Assembly (NCBI GenBank): GCA_029856145.1
Contig: JAHQWK010000012.1
Span: 32,001 to 96,000, forward strand
Length of the DNA stretch: 64,000 nt
From: Promethearchaeia archaeon
GTDB taxonomy: Archaea; Asgardarchaeota; Lokiarchaeia; Sigyniarchaeales; SOKP01
Reading direction: 5' to 3'
Position numbers and translations under genes: made by a program. Numbering within the stretch: position 1 is the stretch's first letter; each line of letters begins with the position of its first letter. Positions 30,106-40,838 of the stretch are shown here, in pieces. The notes under the pieces are model-generated. The model was not told where the DNA came from. It ran no database searches and worked only from the letters and a program-made list of their open reading frames with translations.

Positions 30106-31200
30106 ATGATCAATGAAGAATTGGATATATATCGACATTTACAAAAACATTTAGATCAATTCCCAATAGGTTATCCTGCAACTACAACTGGAATTGAATT
30201 AAAAGTTTTAAAACATCTTTTTACTGAAAAAGAAGCGATTATTGCTACAAAATTAAGTTGGTCATATGATCCACTTGAGAATATCTATCTCCGAGTTAAA
30301 GATGTGGAAATTTCATCTGAGCAATTGGAACTAATACTTAATGATATGGTTAACAAAGGAACAATTAAATATAAAATTGAAAATGGCAAAAAACTATATG
30401 CAAATATTCCACTTGTAGTTGGAATGTTTGAATATCAAGTAAATAAGCTTACAAAAGAATTCTTAGAAGATTTTGAAGAATATTTAATGACTTCTTTTGG
30501 TGCTGAATTAGTAGGGACAAAAATCTTTCAATTTCGCACGATTCCTATAGAACAAGGCATTAAACATGATCAATACATAGCAAATTATAATGAAATTAAA
30601 CAAGTCATTGAAAACATTGAAGAACCAATTGGAGTAACAAATTGCCTTTGTCGCCAAGGTAAAGAACTTATTGGAGATCCATGTAAGAAAACATCACTCA
30701 AAGAAACATGTTTTTATTTTGGGAAAACAGGACAATTATTTATAAATGAAGGATGGGCACGTGCAATAAGTAAAAAAGAAGCTCTTCAAATTTTAAAAAA
30801 AGCAGAAATTGATGGCCTAGTACTCCAATCTGAAAATACAATAAATCCTGAATTCCTCTGTAGTTGTTGTGGATGTTGCTGTGAGATCTTAGCAAGATTA
30901 AAGTTTATACCTCGTCCATCCAGAATAATAACAAGTAATTATTATGCGGAAATCGATAATGATTTATGCGTAGGATGCGGAACTTGTGTAGATAGATGTC
31001 ATCTTAATTCTATAAAACTTGTTGATAATATAGCCAAAATAAATCTTAAACGATGTATTGGATGTGGCGTATGTGTTCCAACTTGTACGGAACAAGCTAT
31101 TCAACTGAAGAAAAAAGAGGACGAAATAATTCCTCCCCAAAACCCTGAAGAACTCTATACAAAGATTATGGATAAGAAACAGCAACTAAGAAAAAAATAA
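30106..31200 (+). CDS. 4Fe-4S dicluster domain protein (paralogue of 14935..16068)
   Basis: Same architecture: CLCR, LCSCCGCCC and two ferredoxin motifs. Confidence 0.88.
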   Translation: MINEELDIYRHLQKHLDQFPIGYPATTTGIELKVLKHLFTEKEAIIATKLSWSYDPLENIYLRVKDVEISSEQLELILNDMVNKGTIKYKIENGKKLYANIPLVVGMFEYQVNKLTKEFLEDFEEYLMTSFGAELVGTKIFQFRTIPIEQGIKHDQYIANYNEIKQVIENIEEPIGVTNCLCRQGKELIGDPCKKTSLKETCFYFGKTGQLFINEGWARAISKKEALQILKKAEIDGLVLQSENTINPEFLCSCCGCCCEILARLKFIPRPSRIITSNYYAEIDNDLCVGCGTCVDRCHLNSIKLVDNIAKINLKRCIGCGVCVPTCTEQAIQLKKKEDEIIPPQNPEELYTKIMDKKQQLRKK

Positions 31201-31237
31201 ATGAATAATAAATGAATCAATGCCTTAACAAAAGGTA

Positions 31238-32065
31238 TTATTTAGAGCCAAATGCAAAAATTACAGATTTCTGAAAAATATATTCTCCTTCTTTTTTAAA
31301 AGTTTCAACCCCTTGAGGTAAGATGTTTTTCTTAAGATCATTAAGCTTATTGGGATCATGATTTAGGGTATATCTCATTATCCACGCGGAATTTTCCATT
31401 ATTTCCCACCATTCCTCAATAGATTTATAAATTATTTGAAAATCTTTCGAAAAAATTCTTATCTTGTTAAACCCTGCGTCTTCCATAATTAATTTAAACC
31501 CTTCAACTGACTCTTTGCTATAACTGATGGATATGTTCTCAATTTCATCAAGTTTTTTAATATTTTTATATATGAGATATTTTTGGAATAATCCTCTTGC
31601 GGTTTCTATATCTTGTTGGTATGCCCATGTACTAAAAGCAGCTTCTCCTCCTGGTTTTAATACTCTAAAAATTTCTTTCATTTTTGCATTTTTATCGATA
31701 AATCGATTACTTTCAAAATCAAAGACATCACTAAATCCTATGAATCCACAAAAAATGTTGTCAAAACTATTATTTTCGAACTTTAGATTGGTTGCATCCA
31801 TAATCTGGAATTTTACATTTTCTATAGCAATATCTTTAAATTTATTTCTTGCTTGGGATATTTTATTCCCATTTTTATCAATACCAAATAATTGACAATT
31901 CTCACCCAAATTTTCAGCAACCGCAACTAAACAAGCCCCACCTCCTGTACCAACATCAAGTATCTTTCCATCAAGTGTTAGAGTTGCTAATTTTACTAAT
32001 TCTTTAGCAAAATCGGACCAATAATTTACGCTTACAGTTGACAAAGAGTTAGTTTCTTTTTTCAT
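31238..32065 (-). CDS. Class I SAM-dependent methyltransferase
   Basis: ILDVGTGGG, MDA, FD, RVLKPGG. Confidence 0.9.
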   Translation of the reverse strand: MKKETNSLSTVSVNYWSDFAKELVKLATLTLDGKILDVGTGGGACLVAVAENLGENCQLFGIDKNGNKISQARNKFKDIAIENVKFQIMDATNLKFENNSFDNIFCGFIGFSDVFDFESNRFIDKNAKMKEIFRVLKPGGEAAFSTWAYQQDIETARGLFQKYLIYKNIKKLDEIENISISYSKESVEGFKLIMEDAGFNKIRIFSKDFQIIYKSIEEWWEIMENSAWIMRYTLNHDPNKLNDLKKNILPQGVETFKKEGEYIFQKSVIFAFGSK

Positions 32066-32116
32066 TTATTCGATTTTTCGTTGATTTCATTAAATAAATT
32101 AAAACTAAAAAAAAGT

Positions 32117-33076
32117 CTATAATCGTTTTTTACTTAATATTTCGATCATATCTTTTGTCATCGCTTCAAGGTCGTACTCCGGATTCCAGCCCCATTCTTC
32201 TCGAGCAAGCGAATCGTCAATTGTTTTAGGCCAAGAATCGGCAATTGCTTGTCTAAAGTCTGGCTTATACTCAATTTTAAATTCAGGAATATGTTTCTTG
32301 ATCTCTGCTGCGATCTCACCAGCGGAAAAACTTATCCCAGTTAAATTGTAAACTCGGCGTTTTAATTTTGAATTATCTGCTTCTAAAAGATCTATCATAC
32401 ACTTGTTACAATCTGGCATAAATAACATAGGTAATACAGTATCTTCTCTTAGAAAACATGTATATTTTTTGTTTTTGATAGCTTCATAGAAAATCTCCAC
32501 AGCGTAGTCAGTGGTTCCGCCTCCGGGTAAGGTTTCACTGCTTATTATACCTGGTAATCTCATGGATCTTATATCAAGATTGTATTTATTGTAATAATAT
32601 TCTGCTAAGAGTTCTCCCGCAACTTTGGTTATACCATACATCGTAGTCGGTTGTAGCACCGTAATATTAGGAGTATTCTCTCTGGGGGTTGTAGGACCAA
32701 AAGCAGCTATAGAGCTAGGCCAAATGACTCTATCAATTTTGTAACTTCTCGCAACTTCTAGAACATTAATTAACCCATTTAGATTTATATCCCACGCTGT
32801 TTGAGGCATTTTCTCTCCTGTAGCTGATAAAATTGAAGCCATGTGAAAGATTGTGTCAATTTCATACTCAAAAATAACTTTGGCTATAGAATTCTTGTCT
32901 AAAGCATCCAAATAGATGATTGGTCCCGATTTTTTAATAGCTTCGGGAAGTGGTGTTCTCCTACCAGTAGCTATTACATTTTCTCCACCATATTTTTTTC
33001 TTAACGCTGGAACAAGTTCACTCCCAATTTGACCTGCAGCACCTATTACAAGTATTTTTCTACTCATATTCATCAA
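32117..33076 (-). CDS. tdh: L-threonine 3-dehydrogenase (SDR type)
   Basis: GAAGQIG, SSIAAFG, MYGITK, PGGGTTDYA. Divergently adjacent to kbl. Confidence 0.9.
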   Translation of the reverse strand: MMNMSRKILVIGAAGQIGSELVPALRKKYGGENVIATGRRTPLPEAIKKSGPIIYLDALDKNSIAKVIFEYEIDTIFHMASILSATGEKMPQTAWDINLNGLINVLEVARSYKIDRVIWPSSIAAFGPTTPRENTPNITVLQPTTMYGITKVAGELLAEYYYNKYNLDIRSMRLPGIISSETLPGGGTTDYAVEIFYEAIKNKKYTCFLREDTVLPMLFMPDCNKCMIDLLEADNSKLKRRVYNLTGISFSAGEIAAEIKKHIPEFKIEYKPDFRQAIADSWPKTIDDSLAREEWGWNPEYDLEAMTKDMIEILSKKRL

Positions 33077-33249
33077 CTTTCATATTCATAATTCTAAGTA
33101 AATATAATGACATTCATAATTCACCCAATTAAAAAAGGTTTATCCATTTTTAACCCTTTTATTTCTTATAGGAAAAACTAATATAGGTTTCTATATACAC
33201 TTAATTTATTAATTTACTCACATATTTCAAAAAAATTTAAGGTGATATT

Positions 33250-34437
33250 ATGAAAAGAGATCCGGTCGCTTTTCTTGCTTCGGATATGATCGAATTAAGG
33301 AAAAACAATCTGGAATGGATTATTAGATATTTAGAAGGAGGTTCTAAGCCACACTGCATTGTAAATGGAAAAGAAGTCTTAATGCTTAATACTAACAACT
33401 ATCTTGGTTTAGCAACACATCCAAAAATAATTCAAGCAGCAATTGATGCTACAAAAAAATATGGTGCTGGTGCTGGTGCTGTTCCAGTTATCGCGGGTTC
33501 TTTTGATTTAACTAAGCAATTCGAAGAAAAATTTGCTGAATTTAAAGAAGTAGAAGCATCTATTCTTTGTCAAACTGGATTTGCTGTTAATTCAGGGTTA
33601 ATTCCCATGTTAGTTGGTAAGCCCGATATGGTTGTTTCAGATGAATTGAATCATGGATCTATTATTGATGGTGTTAGATTGTCTGGTGCTAAACGTATTA
33701 TTTATAAACATTGTGATGTGGGAGATTTAGAAAGACAATTAAAAGAAACGGAGAAAGTGGGTGCTAGAAGAATTTGTATAATTACTGACGGTGTTTTTAG
33801 TATGGATGGTGATATAGCACCACTAGATGATATCACTAAGGTTGCTGAAGATTTTGGAGCTATGATCTTCGTTGATGACTGTCATGGAGAGGGAGTGCTT
33901 GGAGAAGGAAGGGGTATTGTAGCTCATTTTAACCTACAAGGAAAAGTTCATGTAGAAGGTGGGTCAATGAGTAAAGGATTTGGAGTTTTTGGAGGAACAG
34001 TTGCGGGTTCAAAAGATTTAATTGAGTTTTGTGCGAATAAAAGTAGGACATATCTGCTTAGCACAGCACATCCCCCTGGTGTTGTAGCAGCTAATAAAGC
34101 TTCTATTGAGGTTGTTGAGAATGAACCAGAGCATGTAAAAAGAGTATGGGAACATACTAATTACTTTAAAAAGGAGGTTCAGAGTATGGGTTACAATACA
34201 GGAAACTCACAAACACCTATCATTCCATTAATCATTGGTGATCCTGGTAAAGCCCAAGAGCTCGCTAGAATTCTTTTTGAAGAAGAAAACATATACGGAA
34301 CACCAATAGTATTTCCAATGGTGGCAAGAGAATTATCACGAATACGAGTTCAGATGAACGCATTACTAACTAAAGAAGATTTATCTCTGGCATTAAGTGC
34401 TATAGAAAAAGTTGGAAAAAAGTTAGATGTTATATAA
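33250..34437 (+). CDS. kbl: 2-amino-3-ketobutyrate CoA ligase (glycine C-acetyltransferase), PLP-dependent
   Basis: NNYLGL, SDELNHGSIIDG, DGVFSMDGD, DDCHG, MSK. Adjacent to tdh. Confidence 0.85.
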   Translation: MKRDPVAFLASDMIELRKNNLEWIIRYLEGGSKPHCIVNGKEVLMLNTNNYLGLATHPKIIQAAIDATKKYGAGAGAVPVIAGSFDLTKQFEEKFAEFKEVEASILCQTGFAVNSGLIPMLVGKPDMVVSDELNHGSIIDGVRLSGAKRIIYKHCDVGDLERQLKETEKVGARRICIITDGVFSMDGDIAPLDDITKVAEDFGAMIFVDDCHGEGVLGEGRGIVAHFNLQGKVHVEGGSMSKGFGVFGGTVAGSKDLIEFCANKSRTYLLSTAHPPGVVAANKASIEVVENEPEHVKRVWEHTNYFKKEVQSMGYNTGNSQTPIIPLIIGDPGKAQELARILFEEENIYGTPIVFPMVARELSRIRVQMNALLTKEDLSLALSAIEKVGKKLDVI

Positions 34438-34469
34438 TTTTCCTTAATTTTTTTTTATTATTTTTTAGA

Positions 34470-35054
34470 TTATAGAGGTTTAGCTAAAATAGCTTTAACT
34501 CTAAGTTGATCAAAGAAACTAGTAGGCATTGGTTTGATCCAGCAAACTGTATCTGCTCCACGTCCAGTGCCACCTATAGAAATCACATCTTTCTCTAAAT
34601 CTTTTATCAATCCCGCATCAGCAGCCATACTCACAATTTCCATACAAACTTTAACACCCTGACTAAAGTTGGTTCTAAGATATTTGGCCAAAATTTCAAC
34701 AGGCGACCACTGATTCAAGGATTTACGCATACTCCTCTCAATACCTGCCATAGAATGAGTCCCTGAGAAAATCTTTAAACCCTGTTCTCTTAAATTTTCC
34801 ATTAAATCTTCTGAAAATTCTTGTCGATTGTTAATACCAGCAAAATAGTAAGAATGAGTAATAATTACAATATTATACTTTTTTGGATTGAAAAATTCTA
34901 ATGCTTTAGATGCAGCAGTACCTGTAGTACTAGCAATAACTATCTCTCTAATATCGAATTGATCAGCATATTTTTTAGCAATTTCTAATGCTTTACTGGT
35001 GTTATGTGGTCCACCTTTCTCAAAATAAGTGACCTCAATATTTAAATCAGCCAT
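34470..35054 (-). CDS. Pyruvate kinase C-terminal-like alpha/beta domain protein (archaeal conserved)
   Basis: YFEKGGPHNT, IVIASTTG, QGVKVCMEI, AADAG, GGTGRGADT. Confidence 0.85.
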   Translation of the reverse strand: MADLNIEVTYFEKGGPHNTSKALEIAKKYADQFDIREIVIASTTGTAASKALEFFNPKKYNIVIITHSYYFAGINNRQEFSEDLMENLREQGLKIFSGTHSMAGIERSMRKSLNQWSPVEILAKYLRTNFSQGVKVCMEIVSMAADAGLIKDLEKDVISIGGTGRGADTVCWIKPMPTSFFDQLRVKAILAKPL

Positions 35055-35248
35055 ATTCTATCAAATTTCTTAATTTTTAATATTAAAAATAGTATTTTTT
35101 TTCTTAAGTTAAAATATGATTCTAATTAAATGAATTTTATTGAGATATTGTTATTTTATATAAGATTTATATAGTTTTAAAAAGATCAAAATCTAAATAC
35201 ATTTAATCATAATTTATTGTAAATTTAATTATAAACTAGGGATATTAC

Positions 35249-36664
35249 ATGAGTGAAAGAAAATTATCTTTAAAAGAAAGAATATTATTTGGTACGAGCG
35301 CCTTCCCGGATCAATTGACTTATCAAGCATTTACCATCTATGTCTTTACGTTTTATTTTGCAGTTGTAGGTTTATCAATGCTTGAAATGTGGCTCGGATT
35401 CGTTCTATGGGGTGTTTGGAACATGTTTAATGACCCTCTTTTAGGTGCATTAAGTGAAAAAACAAAACAGAAAGGTAAATTGGGAAAAAGAAAGTTTTAT
35501 TTATTGATATCTTTTTTCCCTTTAGCATTAATAATGATTTTTCTTTTTACTGTACCTGCTGATTTTAAGTTCTGGTATTTTTTGTTCATTATATTTACTT
35601 TTGAATTCTTTTATACAATGTTTTCAGTAAATACAAACGCCATTTTCCCTGAAATGTTTCCAACAGAAAAACAGAGAGGGGATGTAAATGTATTTATAAA
35701 AAGTTTTACTATGATTGCAGTAATTTTGGCATCTCTTATTCCTACTATTATTGTTTCTCCTTTAGTTCCAACACTTGATCCTCTAGACCCAGGTTACCCA
35801 GCAGAAGTTGCTCTCATTCAATCTAATTATATTATTGCAGGTTTAATTATGGGCATAATAGTTTTGATTATGGCAGTATTATTCATTTTCTTTGGTATAA
35901 AAGAAAAAGAAGAACAATTGAGTGATTTTGAAAAGAGACCAGGATTTTTTAAATCTATAAAACTGACTTTCTCAAACAAGACTTTTATAAAATTTACCTT
36001 TGGAAATATGTTAATTTGGTATTGTTTTAATATATTATTAACAGTATTTCCTCTCTACTCGGTTTATGTACTTGGAAGAACTGAAGGTGCTTTTTTAATT
36101 GGAGTAACATTGATGCTAGCACTTCTATCTGCTGCACTACTTATGCCTATTCAAGCTAGGATTAGAAAGAAATTCGGGACTCGTAAAGGATTAATGATGG
36201 GGATGGGTATATGGATTATCACTTTATTTCCATTAATCTTTTTATCTAATAATGATATTAGTAGGACATTATCTATGGTCATTTTTATTACAATAGGTTT
36301 CGGGTTATCAGCTGCGCTATTTTTTATCGATTTAATTCATGGTGATGTTATTGATCAAGACGCTCTTAAATTTGGCGTAAAAAGGGCTGCTAGCTATTAT
36401 GGTGTAAATGCTTTTATTCACAGATTTTCAATGATTCTTGGTATCACCACTATTGCGCCTATATTCGCAGGAGCAGGATGGAGTACCTATACACCTATTC
36501 CATCTGACCCATTTTTAATTGACCTTGGCTTAAAAGCATTAATGTTTCTATTTCCCACATTAGCACTTATAGGATCAATTCTTATCTTTAAATCTTACGA
36601 TTTGCATGGTGTAAAGCTCAAAGAAATGAGACAGGAATTAGATAAACATCCTGAATTACATTAA
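35249..36664 (+). CDS. MFS transporter, glycoside-pentoside-hexuronide (MelB-like) family
   Basis: WNMFNDPLLGALS, FPEMFP, DVIDQD and about 12 TM helices. Confidence 0.88.
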   Translation: MSERKLSLKERILFGTSAFPDQLTYQAFTIYVFTFYFAVVGLSMLEMWLGFVLWGVWNMFNDPLLGALSEKTKQKGKLGKRKFYLLISFFPLALIMIFLFTVPADFKFWYFLFIIFTFEFFYTMFSVNTNAIFPEMFPTEKQRGDVNVFIKSFTMIAVILASLIPTIIVSPLVPTLDPLDPGYPAEVALIQSNYIIAGLIMGIIVLIMAVLFIFFGIKEKEEQLSDFEKRPGFFKSIKLTFSNKTFIKFTFGNMLIWYCFNILLTVFPLYSVYVLGRTEGAFLIGVTLMLALLSAALLMPIQARIRKKFGTRKGLMMGMGIWIITLFPLIFLSNNDISRTLSMVIFITIGFGLSAALFFIDLIHGDVIDQDALKFGVKRAASYYGVNAFIHRFSMILGITTIAPIFAGAGWSTYTPIPSDPFLIDLGLKALMFLFPTLALIGSILIFKSYDLHGVKLKEMRQELDKHPELH

Positions 36665-36698
36665 TCTTTTTATTTATTTTTTATTTTAAAGTTTTTTT

Positions 36699-37610
36699 TT
36701 ATAATCCTAGTTTTAATTTCGCTTCATCAACAGTAGCCGGCTTTCTTCCAAGTTCCTTGGCTAATCGAACCATTCTTTTTACTAATTGAGTATTACTTTC
36801 TACAAGCTCCCCTTTTTGATAATAAAGGATATCTTCAAGTCCAGTTCTTACATTTCCGCCCATACAGAGAGTAATTGTTGTCGTACGAAGATTTAATTTG
36901 CCTACTGTAACTACTTGCCAAGTAGATCCTTCAGGTAATAAATCTACCATGTTTAATAGATTTCTAATTGTTACTGGTGCACCACCCCCAATTCCTAAAA
37001 CAATACTGAAGTGTAAGGGAGGTTTAAGAACCTTAAATCTTGAGACTAATGTTTCAACATTAATAATATGACTTGTATCATATACTTCAATCTCAATACC
37101 AAACCCTTTTTTATTACAACCCTCAACGTATCTTTTGTTAAAAGAGATTGGATTATTAAAAGTATGGTTTCCATATTTTGTTTGAAATTCAAAGGTACCC
37201 GCGTTAATAGTGTGCATGTCTGGTGGAGGATCTATATTTAGAAGATTTAACCTTTCTTTAAGAGTAGGCATAACTATAGCTTGCCCGTATTTTCGCCCTT
37301 TACTACTTGTTTTAACTCCATATGCTATTTTAGCACCAATACCATTCCCTATTTGAACAATAATTGGACACTTTTCGCGTATAAGTTTGACAGTTTTATT
37401 ATAATACTTTAAATCTGGTGTATTTTGCCCATCCTCACCACGAACATGGAGATGTAATATTGAAGCACCCGCTTCATAGCATTCTAACGCGTCTTGAGCT
37501 TGTTCTTCAGGGGTGATAGGAATTGCAGGATTTGCCCATTTTCCTTGAATCCCTCCTGTAATCGCAGCAGTTATAATTACCTTCTCATCTGTCAACAAAT
37601 TAGGTTTCAT
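36699..37610 (-). CDS. kce: 3-keto-5-aminohexanoate cleavage enzyme family (BKACE/DUF849)
   Basis: IITAAITG, PITPEE, AGASILHLHVR, NVRTGLED. Confidence 0.88.
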   Translation of the reverse strand: MKPNLLTDEKVIITAAITGGIQGKWANPAIPITPEEQAQDALECYEAGASILHLHVRGEDGQNTPDLKYYNKTVKLIREKCPIIVQIGNGIGAKIAYGVKTSSKGRKYGQAIVMPTLKERLNLLNIDPPPDMHTINAGTFEFQTKYGNHTFNNPISFNKRYVEGCNKKGFGIEIEVYDTSHIINVETLVSRFKVLKPPLHFSIVLGIGGGAPVTIRNLLNMVDLLPEGSTWQVVTVGKLNLRTTTITLCMGGNVRTGLEDILYYQKGELVESNTQLVKRMVRLAKELGRKPATVDEAKLKLGL

Positions 37611-37718
37611 AAAATTCTTACCTCTTCATTTCATAAATTCTTTTTTATTGTTCTTTAATTTTAAAATTAGCTTTTTGATGTTATTATATTATATTGGTTT
37701 GAAATAATTGGGATAATC

Positions 37719-38573
37719 TTAATATTTTGCTTTTTTTGGTTTTTTCCATGTGTAGAAACCCTTACCAGATTTCATTCCAAGATCTCCCTTTTCAACCATA
37801 TCCTTAAGTTCATCCGGGGGTTTATCTCTAGAATCACCACTTTCATGATAATAACTCATTTGAACGGCATAAACTGTGTCTAAACCAATCGCATCCATTA
37901 ATACAAAAGGCCCCATTTTCATCCCTGTAAAAGTTTTCCATGCTAAATCTATAGTTTCAATATCTGCACATCCTCCTGCCCAAATTTTAAGAGCTTCTTT
38001 TCTAGCAGCATGCCACATTCTATTGAATACAAAACCATGACATTCTTTTTTCAATATAATTGGATGACATCCAAGACTTTCAATCCATCTCTTTCCAATT
38101 TCAAATGTTTTATCGCTTGTTTTAGTACCTCGCATAATATCTGCCATTGGACGTCGAGGAATGGGGGGATAAAAATGAATATTTAAAACCTTATTTTTTC
38201 TACTTACAGCTTCTTCAATCTTAGAAACTGGAATTGAAGAACTATTAGTAGCAATTATAACATTTTTAGGAGCGCTCTTTTCAATTTGGGAGAACACTGC
38301 TTTTTTCAGTTCAATATTCTCTGGTATTGCCTCAATAGCTAAATCTGCTTCTTTAACAGCCTCTTCGATATTATTAAAATAATTAACATTATTTATTAGT
38401 TCATTTTTTTTATTTCGTTTTAGAACACCATTGATATACTTTTTTGCTTCTTCCAATATTTCTAAGTTTATATCGAAAATGCTTACATTATAATTATGTA
38501 AAGCCGTGATTGCTGCTATTTGTTTGCCCGTGAAACCAGCACCAATCACTGAGATACTTTTAATTTCTGTCAT
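37719..38573 (-). CDS. 3-hydroxyacyl-CoA dehydrogenase family protein
   Basis: VIGAGFTG, EAIPE, ATNSSS, HF, GFVFNR, MGPF, GMKSGKGFY. Confidence 0.92.
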   Translation of the reverse strand: MTEIKSISVIGAGFTGKQIAAITALHNYNVSIFDINLEILEEAKKYINGVLKRNKKNELINNVNYFNNIEEAVKEADLAIEAIPENIELKKAVFSQIEKSAPKNVIIATNSSSIPVSKIEEAVSRKNKVLNIHFYPPIPRRPMADIMRGTKTSDKTFEIGKRWIESLGCHPIILKKECHGFVFNRMWHAARKEALKIWAGGCADIETIDLAWKTFTGMKMGPFVLMDAIGLDTVYAVQMSYYHESGDSRDKPPDELKDMVEKGDLGMKSGKGFYTWKKPKKAKY

Positions 38574-38786
38574 ATTATTCTATTCTTGTATTTTTTATAT
38601 TACACTAGAGTTAGTATTGATAAAATAAGTTCCCTTAATTTATAAGGTTAAATCTGTTTTTTAATAATCTCTGGTTGGATCAGGATTGAAATTATAATTT
38701 TATAACAAAGAGCTTTAAAATATAATCTTTTTAAACTTATAAGACAATATTTAATTAAATTACTTTTAATTAGGAGATATAGAAAA

Positions 38787-39020
38787 TTGACTATATGCTT
38801 TGTTTTAATGAATACACAAGCAGGTTTTGTAGAATCTGTTGTTCATGGTTTACAGGAAATAGAAGAAGTTATGGAAGTTTACCCAGTAACGGGTGGTATT
38901 GATATAATTGTTAAAGTAGAAGGGCAAGATGTTGAAACTATAGCCAAGACTATTCTGGCTAAAATTCATAGTTTAGAGGGAGTTTCCCGTACAGAAACTC
39001 ATATTGTTGTCCCACTCTAA
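38787..39020 (+). CDS. Lrp/AsnC ligand-binding (RAM) domain protein
   Basis: EVYPVTGGIDIIVKV...GVSRTETHIV, with no HTH. Confidence 0.85.
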   Translation: MTICFVLMNTQAGFVESVVHGLQEIEEVMEVYPVTGGIDIIVKVEGQDVETIAKTILAKIHSLEGVSRTETHIVVPL

Positions 39021-39034
39021 ATAATCTTATTTTA

Positions 39035-39619
39035 TTAAAAAATCTTAAAAATTATACTATTTAAAGTACGTTTTGGTACGTGCATTTGACCATTATTATC
39101 CTTCCAATAGTTGAAAGAATCTTTATAGGGTTCGATAACAGAATTTTCATCTGGGTATCCGAGACTGATTACATGTTTTATATCATAGTGATCAGGTATT
39201 TCTAGTAATTTTCTAATTTTCTCTCTATTAATTGAACCCATCCAACAGCTACCTATTCCAAAATTCACAGCACCTAACAAGATGTTTTCAACAGCAGCAC
39301 CGACATCAAAATCAACATAAGCATTTTTTATTTTTGTGTTTACAAGCACTATGATATATGCTGTAGGTTCTCTTCCTTTTTCGGGAGTTCTTTGATCTTC
39401 AGGAAGAGATTGTGCCCAATTTACTAATGGAAACAATTTTTTTTTCATTTCGGCATTATAAACAATAATAAATTCAAGACCCTGAATGTTTCTAGCCATA
39501 GGAGCAACTCGGGCAAAATCAATTAATTTTCTTAATTTCTCCAAACTGATTGGATCTTGTCTGAATCTTCGGATTGTTCTTCTCTTATATATTATTTCTT
39601 CGAATTCCATACTAAACAT
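39035..39619 (-). CDS. Nitroreductase family protein
   Basis: RRTIRRF, APMARNIQ, GIGSCW, LGYP. Confidence 0.9.
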   Translation of the reverse strand: MFSMEFEEIIYKRRTIRRFRQDPISLEKLRKLIDFARVAPMARNIQGLEFIIVYNAEMKKKLFPLVNWAQSLPEDQRTPEKGREPTAYIIVLVNTKIKNAYVDFDVGAAVENILLGAVNFGIGSCWMGSINREKIRKLLEIPDHYDIKHVISLGYPDENSVIEPYKDSFNYWKDNNGQMHVPKRTLNSIIFKIF

Positions 39620-39630
39620 TTTTTAAGTAG

Positions 39631-40674
39631 TTATTCTCTGGTATTTATTAAGGTTTCAGCTAAATTAAAGAAAATTTCTTCAACATTTTTACCAGTCAAA
39701 GCAGAGATTTCTATATATTTTAAATTAAGTTGTTTTGCTAATATTACCGGTTCTTCAGGATTAATTTTTCTCTTATTAACTAAATCTTCCTTATTACCTA
39801 TAATAAAACCAATTATTTCATCTTCAATAGGGATAATATTTTTTATAACATCTTTATACCAATTTGAAATACTTTCATATGATTTCGGATTTGTTAAATC
39901 AAAGATTAAAATTACTGCTTCTGCTCCTTTATAAAAATGTCGTCGCATTGCTTCGAATTTTATTTGCCCGGCAATATCCCAAATAATCAATTTAATTAAG
40001 ATATTCTTAATTTTAATGTTTTTCTCAGATAGATTCACTCCTAGTGTAGGAATATATGTTCTTGTAAATGCATCATCCGTAAATCTTAAAATTGTAGAAG
40101 TTTTACCGACTCCAGGATCCCCAAGCACAATTATTTTAAAATTATAAGCAAATTGTCTCTTCTCTTCAACCTCTTCTTCAGGAAAAGCCTCTAATTCAGA
40201 GATCGACCTTTCTTTTTTCTGTAAGTCGTTCAGTATTTCTAAAATGGTAAGATATAGATTATTTATCTCATAAAAAATATTATCTGATTTTGCTTGTTTA
40301 TATTTTAACTCTAAAATTTTTTGCGTACTATCGGAAAAGGCGTTTTCAAGATAATCTATATATTTATAAAATATAAGATCATCGGCTTCATTAAATAAAA
40401 CGGTAATAGTTGATAATGATCTTCCTCCCTTGGATGTGGCATCTTCTCTTTCTACATACTTTACAATTCCTTTTAAATTGAATGAAGGAAAAGGTAAAAT
40501 TACTAATGACTTAGGTATAATACCTTGATCGGTTGTTAGCATTGTAATAGATTTAATAGCAACTGACATACGAAGCTTTTCTGACAAATCAATAGGATTC
40601 CAAAGTATGGGATTAGGTCCGGATCCTTCATTGAGTTCAGTGTAAACTATGGCTTTAATTATCTCTTCTGACAT
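39631..40674 (-). CDS. uDENN/longin-like domain fused to Rab-like small GTPase
   Basis: G1 GDPGVGKTS, G2 PTLG, G3 WDIAGQ, G4 NKED, G5 SAL, Rab-like FYKGA/IFDLT. About 170 aa N-terminal domain with EGSGPNP. Confidence 0.88.
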   Translation of the reverse strand: MSEEIIKAIVYTELNEGSGPNPILWNPIDLSEKLRMSVAIKSITMLTTDQGIIPKSLVILPFPSFNLKGIVKYVEREDATSKGGRSLSTITVLFNEADDLIFYKYIDYLENAFSDSTQKILELKYKQAKSDNIFYEINNLYLTILEILNDLQKKERSISELEAFPEEEVEEKRQFAYNFKIIVLGDPGVGKTSTILRFTDDAFTRTYIPTLGVNLSEKNIKIKNILIKLIIWDIAGQIKFEAMRRHFYKGAEAVILIFDLTNPKSYESISNWYKDVIKNIIPIEDEIIGFIIGNKEDLVNKRKINPEEPVILAKQLNLKYIEISALTGKNVEEIFFNLAETLINTRE

Positions 40675-40838
40675 TATTAGGTAAAAAATAGGACTGTATA
40701 TATTCTTCTGTTTTAGACCAAAACTCTTTATAAAATAGAGGAACTTTAAGTTATTAAAAATTTGTAAATCTAATGGCTTTTCTTTCTTACTATTGCAAGA
40801 TCGTGAAACTCAACTTTCACGAAGATAGTATGATATAA

